Below, one piece after another: positions 30,300 through 43,639 of a stretch of 64,000 nt of DNA. Below the pieces are notes generated by a model. It searched no databases. It was not told the origin of the DNA and saw only the letters and a list, made by a program, of their open reading frames with translations. Position numbers and translations under genes: made by a program. The first letter of the stretch is position 1. The number at the start of each line of letters is the position of its first letter. Origin of the DNA: Eledone cirrhosa (taxonomy: Eukaryota). The stretch is from positions 105,338,001 through 105,402,000 of the forward strand of contig OZ024743.1 of the NCBI GenBank assembly GCA_964016885.1, read 5' to 3'.

Positions 30300-31940
30300 A
30301 TAACAAGAACAAGAACAACAACAGCAACAATGATAACAACAACACCACCAACAACAAAAGCAACACTAACAACTCCACAAACAAGCAAAAGATTTCCTTC
30401 GCCCAAACCGTCCAAAAGACGGAACTGTTTACATACCTTCACATTTCCAATGCTAGGGAGTTGTTAAGGAATGCAAAGCAGTATGTAACTGTTGGTGAGC
30501 GTGGTGCTTTCAGCAGCACTTCTCCTCAACAGTTACGTAGAGAAACTATCCTAAAAACAATAATTTTTAGGACAGTTTCAAATGTGTCTAAAAAACCAGT
30601 CCAATTATCTCAAAACGAAATTGAACTGGTCCTGAAAAGCTCAATGAAGGATATTGCCTTCATCCAAAAAGGTAAACTTTTTGGAAGCATTTCGGTGCTA
30701 ATGAAAGACCAATTGACAGCACACAAATATTCTGTGTCGCCAGTTGTGTCTCCCCTTTACACCTTTTTCCCCACATATATGGGAAAAAGGACCCCAAAAA
30801 TAAGAGTAACAAATATCACACCGAATGTAAACATCTGGTGGATATTAGCTGGTTTCATCAATTTTGATGAAGATACAGCAATTTCGGTAGGAAAGTCATC
30901 CAGGGGCATATTCAACGGTACAGCTTAGAAGTTCTGGTCCCAATGAGACCAGAACGGATAGCTAGAATACCACATGTGCCTCTGGATCTAAATTCCTACA
31001 TAAACATTTCTTTTGAGGGTAGGCGGCCTTCATGTTACCAGTGTTTAAGCAGTGGTGACCTGAGGGCTTCCTGTCCTCAATTAACTGCATTATAAAAGGG
31101 AACTACTGCCGACACCTAACACACCAACACAACCACCACCACCACAACAACGACAACAATACACAAAAATAACAAAAACAAACCAAACTGCAAACACAGT
31201 CCCACCCAACCCCTCCCCACCTAAAACAACTCCCAAAACACACACAAGCACAACAGCTCCCCAAAACGTACCCCCCAATCAAACATATACCACAACGGAC
31301 GAAGCCCCCACGTCACCACTCAGTGATGATGATGGAGTACCCCTCCGCTCAAAAATAAAAGATAAAAGACATAACACGAATAAAAAGGCAACATAACACA
31401 CAACCACCAACACAAACAACACAAACAACACAAACATTACAAACAAAAATTCCCCCTCCCGAAAACAAAACAATGACAACACTCCAAACACAAATACCCA
31501 CAACTAAACGAAAGCACACACAAGAACAACAGACAAAAATTAACACAACACAACAAAAATATTATACATACATAAACACTGACAATAAAACCTTGATGGA
31601 GGTCATCTCCAAAAAGCCTTCCGTAGAAACCGAAGGAAAATATTTTACCAAATGTAAAGACAAACCTAATTTAAGGATGATTAGGGTCCCTACGGACACC
31701 TATAAGTCCTTAAAGGAAAACTTTGCTGAGGACGTGGGCAATATGTGTGTTAAACCAACGGACCGCGTCCTCTTGAAACGTTTCCCCACTCCCACCCCAG
31801 ACACCCCCATCCTACCAGACAAACCCTCGAAACCAAACATCTCCGTCCCCACCACGCCAGGAACCACCACCCTACCAAACAACCCCTCCAACATCCCCAT
31901 GGATAATGTGCAGCCTGGTCCCCATGAGACGAAGAGGTGA
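30061..31940 (+). pseudogene. Copy A ORF1 (RRM-like region, zinc knuckle, low-complexity linker, C-terminal domain), interrupted
   Basis: ORFs 29995-30300, 30158-30928 and 31473-31940; EGRRP.CYQC...DLRASC knuckle near 31015-31075; homologous to the ORF1 of copies B and D. Confidence 0.8.
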
Positions 31941-31980
31941 GTGATTTCTTTTCCTCTTCTTTTAACTTTTCAACGCCAAC

Positions 31981-34900
31981 ATGGCCAATATAAGAGTTGG
32001 ATGTGTGAATGTACGCGGCCTGGGGATGCCCTGGAAACAGGGCAAACTCTTAAACGACCTCAGGTCGCACAGTATGGATGTAGTAGCCGTTTGCGAGTCC
32101 AGGGTCCACAGCCAGCGACAGCTGGCCCCCATCTTCAACGACATTGAGATCTACGCATCTCTCTGTCAGCCAGGAGGTGATGTGGGGTTGCCGTTTTGCT
32201 GTGGAAACACCTGGGCCTCGTAACACAGACGGTACATCTGGACCCGGAGGGTCGACTGGTGGTCCTAGACGATGACGGTAGTGAAGGTGGAGCCTTCAGG
32301 CTGGTGGCCGCATATGCCCCATCCAGGACACCGCGGCCAGACTTATTCAAACGTCTAGAGACTTTTCTGGGAACGTCCCGCTCCTTGCTTTTAGTGGCGG
32401 ACTGGAATGGAATCCTAGATGCACGTTGGGAATATGTGGGAGCATGTCCCGATAAAGGGGGTGTAACAGCCTCAAACAGTTAATCGACCGATTTGACATG
32501 GCCGATAGATATCGACTAGATTTTCCGACTGTGCCACTGTGGACGTGGACTAATCGTAGCGGAACATCTAGATGGTACCTAGATAGGGTTCTAGTTAGAA
32601 ATAAGGATAGGGACATGTTAAGCTGTCCACAAATGTTCATGGTTGCCTATTCAGATCACAAACTAGTGACCTGCATGGCCAACATTGATAGAACCCATAG
32701 ACAATGACCCAGCTACTGGAAGCTGAACTTGTCGTTACCGACAAGCAAAGCCTACAGTAGACGGATTAGCACTTTAGTTAAACAGCACTTGACAGGGGCC
32801 ATTGTCAACAACAGATGGTGGTACTCTCTCAAGATGGCAGTTAGATTAGACTCATTAGTTTTTAGTAAAGAATTAGCGTTAGTTAGAAATAGGACCGAGA
32901 AGGAACTGGTAGATAAAGTAGAAGAGGCAATTAGAAGTGGCAACGTAGCCAGCGTCCTAGCAACGAGAACGGCCTTGGACCAGTTCTTCGACGCAAAGTA
33001 CGAGGGCTGCGTTGTCAGAAGCAAAATACGTGCTCTGGGAAACGAGGGAGCCAAAGCTGTTAGATGGGCCCGAGTGACGGAGGCAAAAAGTGGCAACAAG
33101 TCCACGATTCCGTCTTTGAAGGACGAAAACGGACGCGTGATACGTGAGCCGAGCAGATGTGTGCGGCCTTTCAGCGGCACTTTGCTCAACTGTTCGGGCG
33201 GGGCGGGGTCCGGGAGAGGCTATGGATTTCGGTCCATACCTCGACGGCCTACAGCGACTCTCGGACAGCGAGGCAAAGTTCTGCGAAAAGCCGATTTCAG
33301 CCGATGAGATAGGGGACGCGCTGAGCCAATGCGGCAAACGCAAATCTCCAGGTGTGGACGGTCTACCCTACGAATTTTACGTAGCAATGCCGGACTTATT
33401 CTCCGGTCTCCTGGAAGCGGTCTACTGCAATTGGCAACAGAACGGGAGAATTCCCAGTTCGGTAACCGGGGGCGTAGTCACACTAGTCAGGAAGGACGAG
33501 AATAAGGGGGATGAAATAGGCAACTTCCGCCCCATAACTCTGCTAAACACAGAGTTACAGATTTTGGCCAAGGTGTTGGCAAAGAGGCTGGCGCTTGTTG
33601 TCGAGAACCTGGTGGGAGAAGCGTAGACATGCGCAATACCGACCAGGTCCATACAGGACAACCTCGACCTCATGCGATACATCATAGAGAGGGTAGGGTG
33701 TAAACCCTGCTTCGGTGGGGCCCTGATCAACTTGGATCAGCCTAAGGCTTACGATAGGGTTGACCATCGTTACCTGGATGCGGTGCTCGAGGCGGCAGGC
33801 TTCGGACCCGTGTTCAGAGGCTGGATTGCTGCAATGCACAACAGCAACATCTGCTCAAGGGTCAAGGTTAACGGCTACCTCTCGGAGCCGTTCCATATTA
33901 CGCGATCCATTCGACAGGGATGCCCTCTCTCCTCCTTTCTGTACGTACTGACTCTCGAGCCACTACTGCGGAAGTTGGAGCTAATGCAGGGCATCCCTCT
34001 GGAACCGGGACTGCGGAAAGCGGCGTCGGCCTACGCCCACGACGTGACAGTAATGGTGTCGAGCGCCTCGCAAATCGAAGAAGTCGGCACCTTACTGAAG
34101 GAATACGAAAGTTTCACAGGAGCGAAGCTGAACCGGGACAAGTCCATCGGTTTGCAACTCGGATCGTGGAGAGGCAAACCGATGCCTTCCGATGGCGTCG
34201 TCGGACGCTGGACGAAAGGACCGGTAAAGCTGCTCGGGGTCTGGTTTGGTCCGGACCTCCAGGTGGAGAAGAACAGGAACGAAGTGACGGCCAAGTTGTT
34301 TGCACTCACCCAGAAATGGGCCGAGTGCAAACTATCCTTGAAAGGACGAGCGGAAGTGGCGAACAGTTTTATAGCGTCCGCCATCTATTACCGCTTGACC
34401 ATCGTGCCTTGACCAGCCAAAACGCTCGCCAAAATGGAGCGCGCACACTTCCAATTACTTTGGAAGAGGCGAGCTCCTTTGGTGAGAAGATCCATCTGCT
34501 GCCAACACCCTTCTAACGGAGGGCTGGGGATGCCGGGGTTGACGATGCGCAAACACGCGCTCAGGCTGCGGCATCTCTGCGTATTCCTCACCGGACAACC
34601 GGTGTGGGCCCCGTTCGTGAGGTGAGCCTTCCCACGATTCGTCTCGCTGACCGAGCTGCAGTCCTGGGTCAAGCAAAGACCGAGGAAAATGGGCGACTGG
34701 CACATCGAATGTGCTCAGGCGCTCACAGCCCTCTGGCAGGCGGACCCGGCGATCAGTGGAGACTCCACTTCGTCATTCTATAGAGGGTTGATCCGCAGCA
34801 AGTGCGACGACGCGCTCGGTGAAACTCTAGGCGTAGAGGAAGATGAACTGGCCAGTCTGTTCGGTAGGACCTTCCGCCCGGGACCGATGGACAACTTCCA

Positions 34901-35414
34901 AAAGTCCCTGGCCTGGCAGTGCTACCGAGTAGCTCTACCAGTTAGAGACAAGCTCTACAGACATGGGCGCCCGGGCAGGGACCCTGCAAAAATGATCTGT
35001 CCGAGGTGCGTGCGAGACGAAGAAACCGTCGCGCACACATTCATACACTGCCCGGGCGTCACTGACCTGTGGGGCTATGTAGAACGACTATTGTCGCGGG
35101 TGGGACCAATCCGGTTGACCACCGAGTCCATTGTCATGATCAAACCGCCACCCTCCTTCAAAAACGAAGGAGAGGCGGTTTTCCTATGTGTGATAGCTAT
35201 GGCGAAAGAGGTTGTATGGTGGACAAGGTTGAAAGGGCTGAGGTCAGACACCTTTCTCTCCGGCCAACAACTGATTCTTTTTTTCAAATACCACTTTGGA
35301 AGAAGAATCAGGATGGAGAGAGAGGTGCTGTACCCCAGCAAGTTTTATGAAAGGTGGGTGAAAGTGGCGAGAATGGCTCGAGTGGATGGGCCTTCTCTCT
35401 ATATCAACCTGTAG
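31981..35414 (+). pseudogene. Copy A ORF2 (AP endonuclease, reverse transcriptase, C-terminal zinc finger) with stops and frameshifts
   Basis: NVRGL, DWNG, YLDR, SDHK, KSPGVDGLPYEFY, NFRPITLLN, RQGCPLS, YAHD (from YADD), CPRC..ETVAH...C. Confidence 0.95.
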
Positions 35415-35652
35415 GTTGAGGAAAAGGAGGAGGAGAGGAAAGGCGTACAAACTCTTCGTACTCCTGGAGATGAGGGTTGCATATTTTTTCGGGGGTAGTG
35501 TTACACATATGAACTGTCTCCCCCTATTGGGGAAAATGGACTAATTTTTTAAATTGCATTTGTGATAACATTTTACACGTTTTTATTGTATGTAAACTTC
35601 CCCCTTTGTATTTGTCCCCTTCTTTTGTGCCCCTGTGGCTAATAAAGAAACA

Positions 35653-35739
<87 letters not shown>

Positions 35740-38700
35740 TGTCTGAGATAGCGGAAGTTGTGTGCCAGTCGCGCTGGTAAGCTTTTGTCTTTTTACTTAT
35801 AAAAAACAAAAATTATTGTGTTAAAAAAATATACCACTGTATAGATTGACCCTCCAACTAAATTATCAATGTGTGGGTCATTGAAATTTTCATAAAAATT
35901 TATAACAAATTGTTTTAACTATAAATGATAAAACTGAAGCGCTTCCCGCCATAAGTGGAAATGGGAGCGTTGAAATGAATGTCACTATGGCAACAAGTTG
36001 TGACCGAGATAAATCACACGAAAACAAAAGTATAGAAACACATACGGCACAAAAAATATTGAACAAGAAAAAAATACAACTTCACAAATGAACTCCACAA
36101 CCTCAAATGAAGCAACTGAGAAAATAACAATAACAACAACGACAACAATGACAACAACAACAACAGCAACCATAACAAATCTTTTACAACAATAAACAAA
36201 GGAACTTTTACAAATATTGATATTTCCAACGCGAAGGAAATGATCAATGAAGGAAAAAAATATATTACCTTCGAGGAAAAAGGGGGATATAAAATAACCT
36301 CTCCGCCACAAGTCAAAGCCGACACTATGCGAAGGACTGCGATTTTGAACAAACAAAAAAAAAACCGGCTTTCCTTACTCAAGGCGAAATTGAAATCGTC
36401 GTGAAAGAGACAATGCCGGAAGTACAATACATACAAAGGGCTAAACTGTATGGAAGCATTTCTGTGCTCTTCAAAAGTGAGGCCCTTGCGAAAAAATACT
36501 CAGTTACCCCGGTCACCTCTGCCACACACACCTTTTTCCCTACATACATAGGAAAAAAAACACAAAGAATCAATATACCACCCAACATTAACATCTGGTG
36601 GACTCTGGCAGGGTTCTTGGAGGAAGATGAAGACACAATTATGTCGATTCAAAAATCCACAAGAAACACCTGGAACGGCACAAGCTTGGAAATTTTGGTC
36701 CAAATGAAACCCGACAGAATTTCCAAGATAACACAAAGGGTACCAGTAGACAATACCAATTACATCCACATTTCGGCAGATGGAGGGAAGACACATTGTT
36801 TTAAATGCGCGAGCACATCACATTTAAAGGCCTCCTGTCCCCTCTTACAAACAAACACCACCACCCCCAAAAAGTAATTTTTCCAACACCAACTCCAAAA
36901 CCACCACAACAACAACAACACACAAAACAAGCCAACACATCAAAAACAAACAATTGTTCAACCAAACAACAGAAAAAACACAAACAATTCCCCTGAAAAA
37001 CACAATCCAACCCCATCCCACTCCATCCAACACTACCACAATCACACACACAAACACACCATCACCACACAACATACCACTCCTACACGCCCCTGATGAC
37101 GATTCATCACCAGATGAGGCTACTTCTCCATCCCCAAGTGAAGATGAAGGAGAGCCTCGTAAATAAAAAAAAAATAAAAAAGAGACACCACAAAGCCACA
37201 AAAACAACAATCACCAACACAAACACACTGCCACCAACACAAATAACAATACAAACACCACCACAATCAAACCCCAGCAAAACAAACACCAACACCACCC
37301 GAAACACAAATGAACAACAAACCAAAACAACACAACAAAAAACAAACAAACCACAATACACATACATTAAAACAAACAACAAAAACCTAATGGAGGTCAT
37401 CTCCCAAGACCCCAAAGTAGAAACTGAGGGGAAAACCTTTGTAAAAGCAAACTCTCAACCACACCTAAAACTAATAAGGGTTTCCATAGAGACCTATCAG
37501 ACATTGAAAGAAAAGTTTTCACAGGACGTTGGCAACCCCTGCCAAAAACCAGTAAACCGTGTCCTGTTGAAATGTTTCCACTCAACACTCCCACCAGAAC
37601 TGAAATGGAGATTGAACAGTATCGGAGGTGGAGCCTTCAGACTGGTGGCCGTTTATGCCCCGACCGGGCAATCACAATCGCGGCCAGACTTCTTTAAGCG
37701 TCTGGAGTCTTTTCTGGGAACGTCTCCCTCCTTGCCTTTAGTGGGGGACTGGAATGGTATCCTAGATGCAGGATGGGACTATGTGGGAGCATGCCCCAGT
37801 AGAGCGGGGTGCAACAGCCTCAAAAATCTAATCGGCCAATTCCAACTGGCCGATAGATATCGACTAGATTTCCCGACTGCACCACAGTGGACGTGGGCAA
37901 ACTGCAGCAGGACATCTAGATCGTATCTAGATAGGTTTTTCATTAGGGAAAAGGACAAGAAGATGCTAAGCTGTCCACGAATGCACATGGTTGCCTATTC
38001 AGATCACAAACTAGTCGACTGCATAGTCAACCGTGATAGAATGCATAGACAAGGACCCGGATACTGGAAGCTTAACGTGTCGTTGCCGGCACGAAAAGCT
38101 TACAGTGAACGGATAAGTAGATTAGTTAAGCAAGAGTTGACGGGAGCCATCGTCAACAATAGATGGTGGTACTCTCTCAAGAGAGCAATTAGAGTAGAAT
38201 CGATAGGATTTAGCAGAGAATTAGCTTTAGAGAAAAACAAATCAGAAACAGAATTAGTAGCCAAAGTAGAAGAGGCGCTTAGAAGTGGCAACGCAGCTAG
38301 AGTGCTAGCATCGAGAACGGCACTGGACCAGGTCTTCGACGCGAAACACGAAGGCTGCGTGGTCAGAAGTAAATCACGTGCTCTAGGAAATGAGGGAGCA
38401 AAAGCTGTTAGCTGGGCCCGAGTGGCGGAAGCGAAAAGTGGCAACAAGTCCACGATTCGGTCTTTGAAAGACCAAAACTGATGCGTGCTACTTGACCCCA
38501 GGTAGATGTACGAGGCCTTTCAGCGGCATTTTGCGCGACTGTTTGAGCAGAACGACGGTGCACCGAACGGGGAAATGGAATTTGGTTCATAACTCGACGG
38601 CCTGTCGCGTCTCTCGAGCATGGACGCCGAGTTCTGCGAAAGACCGATCACAGCCACTGAGATACGGGACGCTCTGGGCCGCTGCGGGAAAAGCAAATCA

Positions 38701-40986
38701 CCCGGACTAGATGGTCTACCCTATGAGTTTTACATAGGCATGCCGGACTTGTTCTCTGGTGTCCTCGAAGCCGTCTACTGCAATTGGCAGCAGAACGGGA
38801 CAATTCCCAGATCTGCGGGCAAGGGCGTAGTAACGCTGATAAGGAAAGACGAGAACAAGGGGGACGAAATAAACAATTTCAGGCCCATAACTGCTAAACA
38901 CAAAGTTAAAGATTTTGGCCAAGGTGCTAGCAACGAGGATGGCGCTTGTCGTCGAAAACCTGGTATGGAAAGTGCAAACGTGTGCAATCCCGACCAAGTC
39001 CATACACGACAACCTCCACCTCATGCGATACATCATAAAGAGGGTGGGGGTTAAACACGGCTTCGAGTCTCTGATCAATTTAGATCTGTCTAAGGCATTC
39101 TATAGGGTCGACCATCGATACCTGGAAGCGGTTCTCAAGGCGGCCGGTTTCAGTCCCGTTTTCAGAGGCTGGATCAAGGCGATGCACACCAGCATCTGCT
39201 CGAAGGTCAAGGTGAACGGCTCCCTATCGGAGCCGTTCGCAATCACGCGTTCCGTTCTACAGGGATGTCCTCTCTCCTCCATTCTGTACGTATTGACTCT
39301 AGAGCCACTACTGCGGAAGATGGAGCTTTTGCAGAACATCCCTTTAGAACCGGGACTGCGAAAAGCTGCCACGGCTATGCCGACGACATCACTGTAGAGA
39401 TGTCGAGAACCTCGGAAATCGAGGTAATCGGCAACATACTACAGGAATACGAAAGGTTCACAGGAGCAAAACTAAATCCGGACAAGTCTGTCGGTTTGCA
39501 ACTCGGAACATGGAGAAGCAAACCGATGCCGTTCGACAGCGTCGTCGGACGTAGGACGGAAGAACCGGTGAAATTGCTCGGGGTCTGCTTTGGTCCAAAC
39601 CTCCAGGTGGAGAAAAGCTGGAACGAGGTCATGGCCAGGGTATTTGCGCTCACCCAGAAGTGGGCAGAGTGCAAACTGTCTTTGAAAGGTCGAGCGGAGG
39701 TGGCGAACACTTTCATAGCGTCCATCATCTACTACCGCTTGACTGTCGTGCCTTGTCCCCGTGAATACCTCACAAAGATGGAACGCATGCTCTTCCAGTT
39801 CCTGTGGAAGAAGCAGGCTCCAATGGTGAGGAGATCCGGGTGCTGTCAACAACCTTCCAACGGAGGGCTGAGCATGCGCCGCAAACATGCGATGAAGCTA
39901 CCACATCTTCAGGTATTCCTCACCGAAGAACCAGTGTGGGCACTGTTTGTGAGACAGGCCTTCCCACAACTGCAGTTGTGGGTCAAGCGAAGACCGAAGA
40001 AGATGGACGCCTGGCAGATTGAATGCGCTCAGGCGCTCTCAGTCCTCTGTCATGCGGGCACAGCAATCAGTGGAGACTCCACTTCGACATTCTATAGAGG
40101 GTTAGTACTTTATAAGCGCGACAACGTGCTCGGGAAGACTCTAGGCGTCGAAGACGACGAGCTCACCAGTCTGTACGGTAGGACTTTCCGCCCGGACCTA
40201 CGGACAACTTCCAGAGGTCCCTGGCCTGGCAGTGCTACCGAGGAGCTCTACCTGTTCGAGATAATGATCTACAGGCACGGACTCCCCGGCAGGGATCCTT
40301 CCAAGAGGACGTGTCCAAGTTGCAAACAGGACATTGAAACCCTCTTGCACGCAATTGTACACTGCCCGGGCGTAAGCGTCCTGTGGAACTATGCAGAACA
40401 ACTGCTGTCGCGTATGGGACAAATCCAGTTGACTGCCGAGTACATAGTAAGGATCAAACTGACAGCCTCTTTCAAAAACGAAAGAGAGGCGGTTTTCCTC
40501 TGTACAATGACTATGGTGAAAGAGGTTATATGTTGGACGAGATTGAGAGGACTGAGGCCAGATGCCATTCTCTCCAGACAACAATTGATTCCCTTCTTTA
40601 AGTATCACTTTAGAAGAAGAATCAGAGTGAAAAGAGAGAGGCACTGCACCTCAGTAAATTTACTGAAATGTGGGTGAATGAAGCGAAAATGGCTCGAGTG
40701 ATTGGGCTTTCTCTGTTTATAAGCCTGTAGGTTAAAGAAAAGAGCAAAAGGAAGAAGGGAGCTCTTGCACAACACGCTCCTGGAGTTGAGGGTTGTTCTA
40801 TCGACGCGGTATTAAACAACCCATTTGTGGCGTCTCTCCCCTATTGGGGATTTCGATTGTTATAATTGTTTGTTTGTTTTATATTTTTTTTACACGACTG
40901 TATGTAAAATCTCCGGCATGTGTCTTTGTATTGTCCCCTTTTCTTGTGCGCCCTTGTAGCAAATAAAGAAATCTATCTATCTATCT
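35740..40986 (+). mobile_element. L1/Tx1-type LINE copy B, decayed, with an internal deletion across the ORF1/ORF2 junction
   Basis: 5' motif shared with A; ORF1 36401-36877 with CFKC..TSHLKASC; ORF2 pieces 37625-40730 including YADD; AATAAA at 40962 then TCTATCTATCTATCT. Confidence 0.93.
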
Positions 40987-41937
40987 CGACTGGCACCTCG
41001 AATATGCTCAGCCGCTCACAGTCCTCTGGCAAACGGACCCGGCGATCAGTGGAGACTCCACTTCGACATTCTATAGAGGGTTGGTGCGCAGCAAGTGCGA
41101 CGACACGCTCGGAGAAACTCTAGGCGTAGAGGAGGGGGAACTGGCCAGTCTGTTTGGTAGGACCTTCCGCCCGGGACCAATGGACAACTTCCAAAAGTCC
41201 CTGGCCTGGCAGTGCTACTGAGGAGCTCTTCCAGTTCGAGACAAGCTCTACAGACACGGGCGCCCGGGGAAGGATCCTTCGAAAAATATCTGTCCGAGAT
41301 GCGTGCGCGATGAGGAAACCGTCGCGCGCGCATTTGTACATTGCCCGGGCGTTACCGACCTATGGGGCTATGTAGAACGATATTGTTGCTGGTGGGACCA
41401 ATCCAGTTGACCACCGACCCCAGTGTCATGATCAAACCGCCACCCTCCTTCAAAAACGAGGTAGAGGTGGTTTTCTTATGTGTTATGGCTATTGTGAAAG
41501 AGGTTGTATGGTGGACGAGTTTAAAAGGGCTGAGGTCAGACACCTTTCTCTCCGGCGAACGACTGATTCGTTTTTTCAAATATCATTTTGGAAGAAGAAT
41601 CAGGATGGAGAGAAAGGTGCTGTACCCCAGTAAATTTGTATAAAAGGTGGGTGAATATGACAAAGATGGCCCGAGTGTTTGGGCCTTCTCTCTATATAAG
41701 CCTGTAGGTTGAGGAAAAAGAGGAAGAGAGGAAGGGAGTACTCACTCTTGGTGCTCTTGGAGATGAGGGTTGTACAATTTTTTCGGGGTGTGTACAACCC
41801 CTGTGTAACGCCTCTCCCCTATTGGGTATTTCAATTGTTATTTGTTATTTTATTAATAGTTTTATTTTCATATACCTGTATGTAAACTCCCCATTTGTAT
41901 TGGTCCCATTCTTTTGTGCCCTTGTGGCTAATAAAGG

Positions 41938-41976
<39 letters not shown>
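40987..41976 (+). mobile_element. 5'-truncated Tx1-type copy C (about 0.95 kb) with (TC)n tail
   Basis: Aligns with copy A from about 34695 to its end; AATAAA at 41930. Confidence 0.92.
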
Positions 41977-42013
<37 letters not shown>

Positions 42014-42446
42014 TATTTATATATATATATATACATATATACATATATACATATATACATATAATATATATACATACTTATATATATATATATATGCGTG
42101 TATATTTGTATGTGTATATATATATGTATATTCACTTTTCATAACGAATCAACCATTATTGTGAAAATGAAAGAAAAGATAATTTTTACTGTACTTCGTT
42201 GAAAGAATAACAAAGAGATAAATACAAAAACATGTATACATAATCTTTTTTTTTTTGTTCTCTGCAGCATAAATTCTTTCTTTCAGATTATCACTACAAT
42301 GGCGTACAGTCACGTATATTAGTGTGTATTTCTGAATATATAAGGGGGCGTTTTGATGTATCTGTATGTTTCCTCAATGAAATTTTATAGCAATTTTTTT
42401 CAAATTTCTTTTATACTCAATATGATAAACTCTACTAAATGTCAAT

Positions 42447-42499
<53 letters not shown>

Positions 42500-42645
42500 A
42501 AGATATATAAGTATCCACACCCACGCATATTGATCTCCACATGTGCGTATATAAATTCATAATACATACACACAGGCATAGATACATGCATCCATTGTCA
42601 CGCACAAACACACACACATATATGTTTGTATGTATATATATATCT

Positions 42646-42752
<107 letters not shown>

Positions 42753-42919
42753 TATATATAATATACACAGCGATTCTTTGCTTAAACTTTAATCTGTCAT
42801 TTTAATAAATATTTGGTCTATGGTTTTATATATTTTGAAAACAGAGAGAGAGAGATATAGATAGATGGATAGACAGAGAGGGAGAGATAGATACAAACAC
42901 ACACACATACATACACACA

Positions 42920-42999
<80 letters not shown>

Positions 43000-43054
43000 C
43001 GGGAAAAATGAAACGAAATTTCATTTCCCACACTTAGTACGGCTGTTACTTAAA

Positions 43055-43566
43055 TATAAGTATGTACACGTACATACATATATGTATACAGACGTACAGT
43101 AGTATGTATATATATATGCATACATGCACACATATATATATGTACGTATGGATTCACCGAACATTTATTATAATGCTCGGTGTGTTTGTAAACAAACATC
43201 CCGTATTGTTTTCGGTGCACCCGGCCGATTAACCCACTCGATATGCAAATTGGGCTACTCAGCCGTTAATATGCATAAGGTAAGTATATACGTTCAACAA
43301 TCTGGCAGGAAGGTATACGTTGCTGACGATAGCTAATAAGCTTGAAACTAGTACATCGTTCCTTTGTCAGTGTTGAACAAACGAGCAACGATGGTTGCTG
43401 GACACTACGGCTTAATACGGGATGTTTGTTTACAAAGACACCGAGCATTATAATAAATGTTCGGTGAATCCATACGTACATATATATATATGTGTGCATG
43501 TGTGTATATATATATATATACATACTACTGTACATTTGTATACGTATACGTATATACGTGTACATA

Positions 43567-43572
<6 letters not shown>
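43055..43572. mobile_element. Foldback insertion with central hammerhead; inverted arms include flanking microsatellite
   Basis: About 43055-43208 is the reverse complement of about 43413-43572. Confidence 0.75.
43318..43358 (+). ncRNA. Minimal type I hammerhead ribozyme motif (Penelope-type, palindromic loop III)
   Basis: cgttg CTGACGA t-agct-aata-agct-t GAAA ctag TA catcg. Confidence 0.8.

Positions 43573-43639
<67 letters not shown>

Larger units (their letters stand above)
29851..35739 (+). mobile_element. L1/Tx1-type LINE copy A, apparently full length, decayed
   Basis: ORF1 pieces, ORF2 APE-RT-zinc finger pieces, AATAAA at 35641, (TATC)n tail. Confidence 0.93.
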
